In this document: in pieces, positions 57,684 through 64,000 of the stretch
How the letters are laid out: every line of letters starts with the position of its first letter
Position numbering within the stretch: the first letter of the stretch is position 1
Source of the DNA: the human T2T-CHM13v2.0 reference genome, Homo sapiens
Strand: one strand, 5' to 3'
NCBI RefSeq assembly: GCF_009914755.1
Contig: NC_060934.1
DNA: 64,000 nucleotides
The notes under the pieces: model-generated
Databases searched by the model: none
Told to the model about the DNA's origin: nothing
The model's input: only the letters and a program-made list of their open reading frames with translations
Translations under genes and position numbers: made by a program

Positions 57684-57727
57684 AAGCTTTCAGAGTAAAT
57701 TTTTTTTTCTAGCTATAAGCATGCAAT

Positions 57728-57733
57728 AATAAA
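57728..57733 (+). terminator. THNSL1: Proximal AATAAA of THNSL1
   Basis: 45 nt after the stop, with T/GT-rich sequence downstream. Confidence 0.5.
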
Positions 57734-58104
57734 TCTCAAACACTGATTTGGAGTACAGTAGCATTTTGTCTTTTATGTAAATATCTCTATATCTGTTTGG
57801 AATTTCAAAAGTCTGATCTCTAGGGCTGACATGAGAACTCCATGTCACCTCCTCAGATCTTTAATCTGGAAGTGACAAAAGGTAACACAGTGCACGGACC
57901 TTTGAGCTATCATACTTTTGCCTTCTGCTCATGAGGGGTGTATCAATTTCCACTCCCACACCCTCACTGTTATGTGGACCAAAATGTCTGGTATACTATT
58001 TGGCGATTAAAATATTTAAGCCCAGTTTTCAGGTACTACATCTGTAACTAGTGAATACTCTGTTGATTAGAAAGTTAATTTACCACTCAAAATGGCTAAC
58101 TTGA

Positions 58105-58479
<375 letters not shown>

Positions 58480-58871
58480 TAAAGATGTACTCTGTCCTTC
58501 ACTCTCCTTTGGATGTGTACGGTTAGGGTGACGATGTTTGAAAATCAACACATAACTGAAATCCAGGATGAAACAGTAAGCAGAACTACTTAGAAGTGAA
58601 TACAGAAATGATCTATTTCAAGAGGAAGGTTTTCCAAAATTAAGAGTACTTGAGTAGTCTCAATAGGAGTGTATTTGTAGACAGCAGTTTCCCTATATTA
58701 TTTGGAGTCAATTCTTACGTAATTTGTTGTTTATTTCTTCAGTGAACATTGTCTTTTTCTGGCAGCTGAAACTGCACACAACTGATACACATATTTAATT
58801 TGTATTCCTTTGTAGTAATACATTTTAACCATGATTTATGTTTGTGAATTTACTGGATGTTTTCTTTCTGA

Positions 58872-58877
58872 ATTAAA
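58872..58877 (+). terminator. THNSL1: Candidate distal ATTAAA of THNSL1
   Basis: ATTAAA after a U-rich/TGTA-containing upstream region. Confidence 0.5.
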
Positions 58878-59269
58878 GATTGTCAAGACCAATTAGTGTA
58901 ATGGACTACTGTCAACCACAAGATGGCATTCCTAACATAATTTGTCTTTGATAACATTCAGTTTCATTTTCTGGGAGAACAACCTCCATAAAGAAATATA
59001 TTGAAAGTTGTAATGAAAACATTTTAATAGTTTAATAAGCAAGAGAAATTTGTTTTAATTTTTTTAAAATTAAACCAATTATATATTAACACCAGATCTC
59101 TGGCTTAGCTTCTAAAAAGGAGGTTCTAAAACCAAAAATTGAAAATCAGGAGCAGTTATAGGAAAAAAATGGAAGATTCAAAGTTACGTTTGTTCATGTA
59201 TGTCTTTATTATTTTATCATTTACTTTTAAGGATATTTCAGTAGATGATATATTTAGAAACTGCCTCTA

Positions 59270-59782
<513 letters not shown>

Positions 59783-59834
59783 GCATTATTTTTCTGAAAG
59801 TGAGAGGAACAGTGTTTTAAAAGACATGATTTCT

Positions 59835-60098
59835 GGCTGGGCGCAGTGGCTCATGCCTGTAATCCCAGCACTTTGGGAGGCCGAGGAGGGTGGATCACCT
59901 GAGGCCAGGAGTTCAAGATCAGCCTGGTGAAACCCCATCTCTACAAAAAATACAAAAAATTAGCTGGATATGGTGGTGCACACCTGTAGTCCCAGCTACC
60001 CATGAGGCAGAGGTTGCAGTGAGCTGAGATCACACCATGCACTCCAGCCTAGGGAACAGAGCAAGACTCTGTCTCAAAAAAATAAATAAAAATAAAAA
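59835..60098 (+). mobile_element. Alu with two internal deletions
   Basis: TSD aaagacatgatttct. Confidence 0.88.
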
Positions 60099-60939
60099 AG
60101 ACATGATTTCTGCCTTCAAGAACTGTAGTTAACGAGACAACGCAAAAATTCAGTCGTACAAGCAAAAGAGTTATTGCAAGATGGTGTGTCAATAAGTGAA
60201 AAATGAGTGATAACAGCTAAGTAGCTAAAGTGCTGTAAGATTTAAGAGGAAAGGATTACTATGGGATAGTCAGAAAAGGTCTCACAAAGGACATAGAATC
60301 TAAGATGAATCTTGAAGGATGGGAAGATTTTCTAGGTGAAAAGGAAGGGGGAAAACATTCTAGCAGAGGCAGGAGAAACAGGGAAGATGAAATGCCCAAG
60401 GGTTCATGTGTATTTATTTGTGGACAGCACATTTTCTTACTGGCCAAAATAGTTATTTCATGTCTTCACTTTTTCTCAAAACCAACTCTGGCCCTTCACT
60501 CTCAGCTAATAACTTTGCTTCATTCTAGAGGAACAAGTGACCATACATAACACACCTCAGGCTTCCCATCATCAAGTGTATATGTTTGCTGCATCCATTT
60601 CTGTCCCTTTCCCCGCCCCTTTGATTGAATTGGGTGGCATTCCTTCTCTTTTTAAAGGCCAGTCTCTTTAGATGTGCCTTGGATCCTATTCCCTTCAACC
60701 TACTTAAATGGTGTGTGTCATCAGGTACCTTCCTCTTGTTTCTTCAACTTCTCCCCTTCTGTGTAACCTTTCTTCTTATGGTATTTAGAGTCTTTCTGTA
60801 CTTTAGCATAAGAACAAAATCTCTGTGAACATCCACCTTTTTCCCATCTGTGCTTCTTTATTCTCCAATCAAGATAAAGCTCTTCACAGAGTTATCTACA
60901 TACATGGTCTCCACTTTCCTGCCTGTCTTTTTCTCCAGA

Positions 60940-61320
60940 GTGTAAAATATATGTACAGTTTAAGGATAAGCATTAAATACCTAAGTATTCACCACCTCAC
61001 CCAATGGAACACAACTCACCTTTGGTTCTTCTTTGATTGATTAGATTCGCTTTCTTCCTCCAGCTGTAACTACATCATACATTTTCTGTTATTCATTCCC
61101 TTTCTCATAGTTCTGCATTGTTTAGTTCTGACTCTTTGAATTTTATATAAATGGAGTCATACTTTATGTGTTATCCCATGACCTATTTCTTTTGCTCAGA
61201 GACTTCCAAATTCATCCATTCAGATGAATGAAGCCACAATTCATTGAATTGTATTACTAAATAGTATTCTATTGTATGAACACCACCATCCACTTACCCA
61301 CTACTGGACATTTGTCTAAT
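60940..61320 (-). mobile_element. Old L1M 3' fragment
   Basis: ttttatataaatggagtcatac...ttcatccat...atagtattctattgtatgaacacc. Confidence 0.55.
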
Positions 61321-62429
61321 TTTTATCTCTTCTTGTATCCAATAGATATACTGTTTTTTAAAATTTATGTTGAAGGTTAGTGACTGTAAACTTCTTAACA
61401 TTTGTGACTCTTCTTAATAGCATGTAAAACCATTTTTTATGTCAACATTAAAAATCTATGAGTTTATGAAATGAAAATTGATTAATTTTCAGGCTATGGT
61501 TATAATTTCTAGCTTTCACTGAAATTAATTTAAATAGCCTAAATGTAGGGAATTTGTAAGATATTTGAGAAAAATGAGATTTTTAAGTTACATATTTATG
61601 GAAATTATAAAATGTTTTCATCAAAATAGAGTTTAGAAGACAATAAATTGTTTTGTATGAAGTTTTAGTTAGATTTTAATAGCAATTCACTTTCAAAAAT
61701 AATCATGGATGGCAAATATTGTTTCAATCCATTAAATCGTTTATAAACCTTTTGTAATTCAGACTACGTAATGTTAGTTAAAAAAAAAATCATGAAGTAA
61801 CTGTTTTCAAATCCATGGAAACATAATACTGTTTTTGTCCCTATCCAGGAAAATGAATACAATCTACGTATGAAAAAGTAGTTTGTGTAGGCCTCATCTG
61901 TGCACTCCAGCCACTCAAATCTTCAACTTTTTATCATTTTGAAACTTTTGCTTTCAAAACAAACAGTCTCCTTCAAAAACAAATATGCTTTTCTGACTCA
62001 AAAAAGCCAAGCCAAGAAAGTTGCCAATGTCATGGAAAAGGGACATGTCAAGTGCAAGCAACTAAATCACCATAACTGATATCTGGCAATACTTTGATCA
62101 GCTGGCAATATTTTGATCATAGTCCTACATCAGAAGTTGGGATTGCCTTGTAGAAGGATGCTGTAGTCACATTAGCTGCTTTTCTTTTTAAAATCAGAAC
62201 TCTTTGTTTCTTAGATCTGAGTTAGGGTTCTCATTTAATTGGTACTAACAACTGTTCATTAGGTAATCCAACGATTTTATCTTTTTCTTGAAGATTTCCC
62301 CTCTTGAGTGCCTTTCCTGTTTTAAGGCAGGCTGGTTGATTTATAGGGAGACTACCCTATAGGGTCTCTCTAGTCACCTTTCCTTTCTATTCACATTGTC
62401 CTTCCATCTTTCTCCTGAGTGGATCCAGT

Positions 62430-63025
62430 TTCTTCCTTTTACTTCGTTTATTCCATAATTTTGATAGAACTCACTCTCCAGTAGCTTCCTCTGATAATGT
62501 TGTGATTTTAGCGTGTGCTTTTAATTATTTGAGAAATTGCTTGTCTAACAATGTCTTTATTCCATTGCAGACTAGATTAATATTTTGCTGTGTATAGACT
62601 AGATTAATATTTTGCTGTATATAGAATCCTAGGTTGGAAGTAATTTTTTTCCTCAGAAATTTGAAGGTATTGCTCCACCACCAACTTCTAGGTTCTCTTA
62701 TTGTTTTTGATAAGTATAATGTTATTCTGATTCTTGATTTTTAAAATGTAATCTGTTTTTTTCCTTTCCTGTAGAAGCTTTTAGGATCTTCTCTTTATGG
62801 TCAGGGTTCTAAAATTTCATGGCAGTATTTATTGGTACAAGTCTTTGTGCTTGTTTGTTTTGCTGCTGGAGCACTTTGATGGGCTTTCTCAATATGGAAA
62901 TTTATGTCCTTCAGTTCTGATAATTATGATAAAACTTATTTTTGAATTTCTTTTTCCTATCTTATATTGTCTGTTCTTTCTTTCTCAAACTCCTATTTTA
63001 GGGATTTTGGACACCTTAAAGTGAT
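62430..63025 (-). mobile_element. Old L1M fragment
   Basis: tatagaatcctaggttggaagtaattttttcctcagaaatttgaagg L1M-like; includes a short tandem duplication agactagattaatattttgctg. Confidence 0.55.
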
Positions 63026-63027
63026 CT

Positions 63028-63810
63028 TGTGTGGTGTGGAAGATTGATTCTAAAGATAGTGCTTGGCCAGGTGAGGTGACTCATGCCTGTAATCCCAGCA
63101 TTTTTGAGGTGGAGGCAGGTGGATCACCTGAGGTCAGGAGATTGAGACCAGTCTGACCAACATGGTGAAACCCCGTCTCTACTAATAATACAAAAATTAG
63201 CTGGGCATGTTGGTGGGCACCTGTAATCCCAGCTACTCAGGAGGCTGAGGCAAGAGAATTGCTTGAATCCGGGAGGCAGAGATTGCAGTAGCCAAGATCA
63301 CACCATTGCACTCCAGCCTGAGTGATAGAGTGAGACTCCGTCTCAAAAGTAAAAAATAATAAATAATTAAAGACAATGCTCAGTGATACCTCCCAAACCT
63401 TATGTGCATGCTATTCCTCACATCAACAAATGAAATCCATGTTCCCTTTCCTTGAATCTGGGCTGATCTTGTGACTTGCTTTAATCAATAGAAAGTGGCA
63501 GAAGGTATATGGGATTTCAAGACCAGGCCATAAGGGTGCTAGACACTTCTACTTCCTACATTTTTTTTATGTAAAGATACTTGGCGCGGATTACCTCATA
63601 ATGAAAGGTCATGTGGAAAGAGGCCTTAGAGGGTGAAAGGACATCTTGGAATATTGAGCCCTGGCCAAGTTACCAGGTGAGTGTAGCAAAAGAGCAGAAG
63701 ACATGCTAAACTGAACCCAGTCAACCCACAGAACATTGAGAAATAATAAATTGTTTTAATTCACTAAGTTTTGGGGTAGTTTGTTATAAAATATTAAATA
63801 ACTGAAACAC
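63028..63810 (+). mobile_element. MLT1-type LTR interrupted by Alu (63065-63365)
   Basis: ccttgaatctgggctg...ttttaattcactaagttttggggtagtttgttat...taactgaaaca; Alu TSD taaagatagtgct / taaagacaatgct. Confidence 0.7.
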
Positions 63811-64000
63811 CCTCTAATTCTCTAGAATTTTTCTTTCCCATGTCCCATTTCTTTTTCTTTCTTTGAATTCATCCATTTATCCTTTCTGGGAGGGATTCCA
63901 CTTTCTGGGTTTATTTCTCCTTGTTAACTTTTCTGTTATAGGTTACCATTGTCACGTTTTTAGTTCTTTTTTTTTTTCTTTTAAATTTTTAAATTGCTTT

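Overview
Primate (almost certainly human, chr10p12.1 by gene content) genomic DNA, AT-rich and repeat-dense. It carries two head-to-head protein-coding genes sharing a CpG-island bidirectional promoter at ~48.3-49.3 kb. ENKUR (enkurin) is on the minus strand: I reconstructed 6 coding exons with GT-AG boundaries, 77+146+224+147+170+7 = 771 nt = 256 aa + stop. THNSL1 is on the plus strand: a single 2232-nt coding exon (743 aa, shikimate-kinase-like P-loop domain fused to a PLP threonine-synthase-like domain) preceded by two inferred non-coding exons. The rest is ~29 Alus, L1PA/L1M, L2, MIR, CR1/L3, MaLR/ERV LTRs (including a full LTR-int-LTR THE1 interrupted by a twin-primed L1), DNA-transposon MITEs and microsatellites. 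Nearly all short ORFs in the track are repeat-derived noise. Features not explained by standard annotation: (i) three 100-180 bp non-tandem copies of nearby sequence (direct 7158/8670, inverted 20750/21650, and a templated insert inside an L1, 36209/37762); (ii) a tail-to-tail inverted L1PA pair 1.2 kb apart sharing an apparently non-consensus variant; (iii) tandem RFX X-boxes and a start-stop uORF at ENKUR; (iv) two uORFs in THNSL1 exon 2; (v) THNSL1 kinase-domain substitutions arguing against shikimate as substrate. I found no evidence of a wholly new multi-gene system; the best candidate for unexplained biology is the orphan THNSL1 kinase/PLP-lyase fusion. Repeat subfamily names and most repeat boundaries are by-eye estimates.
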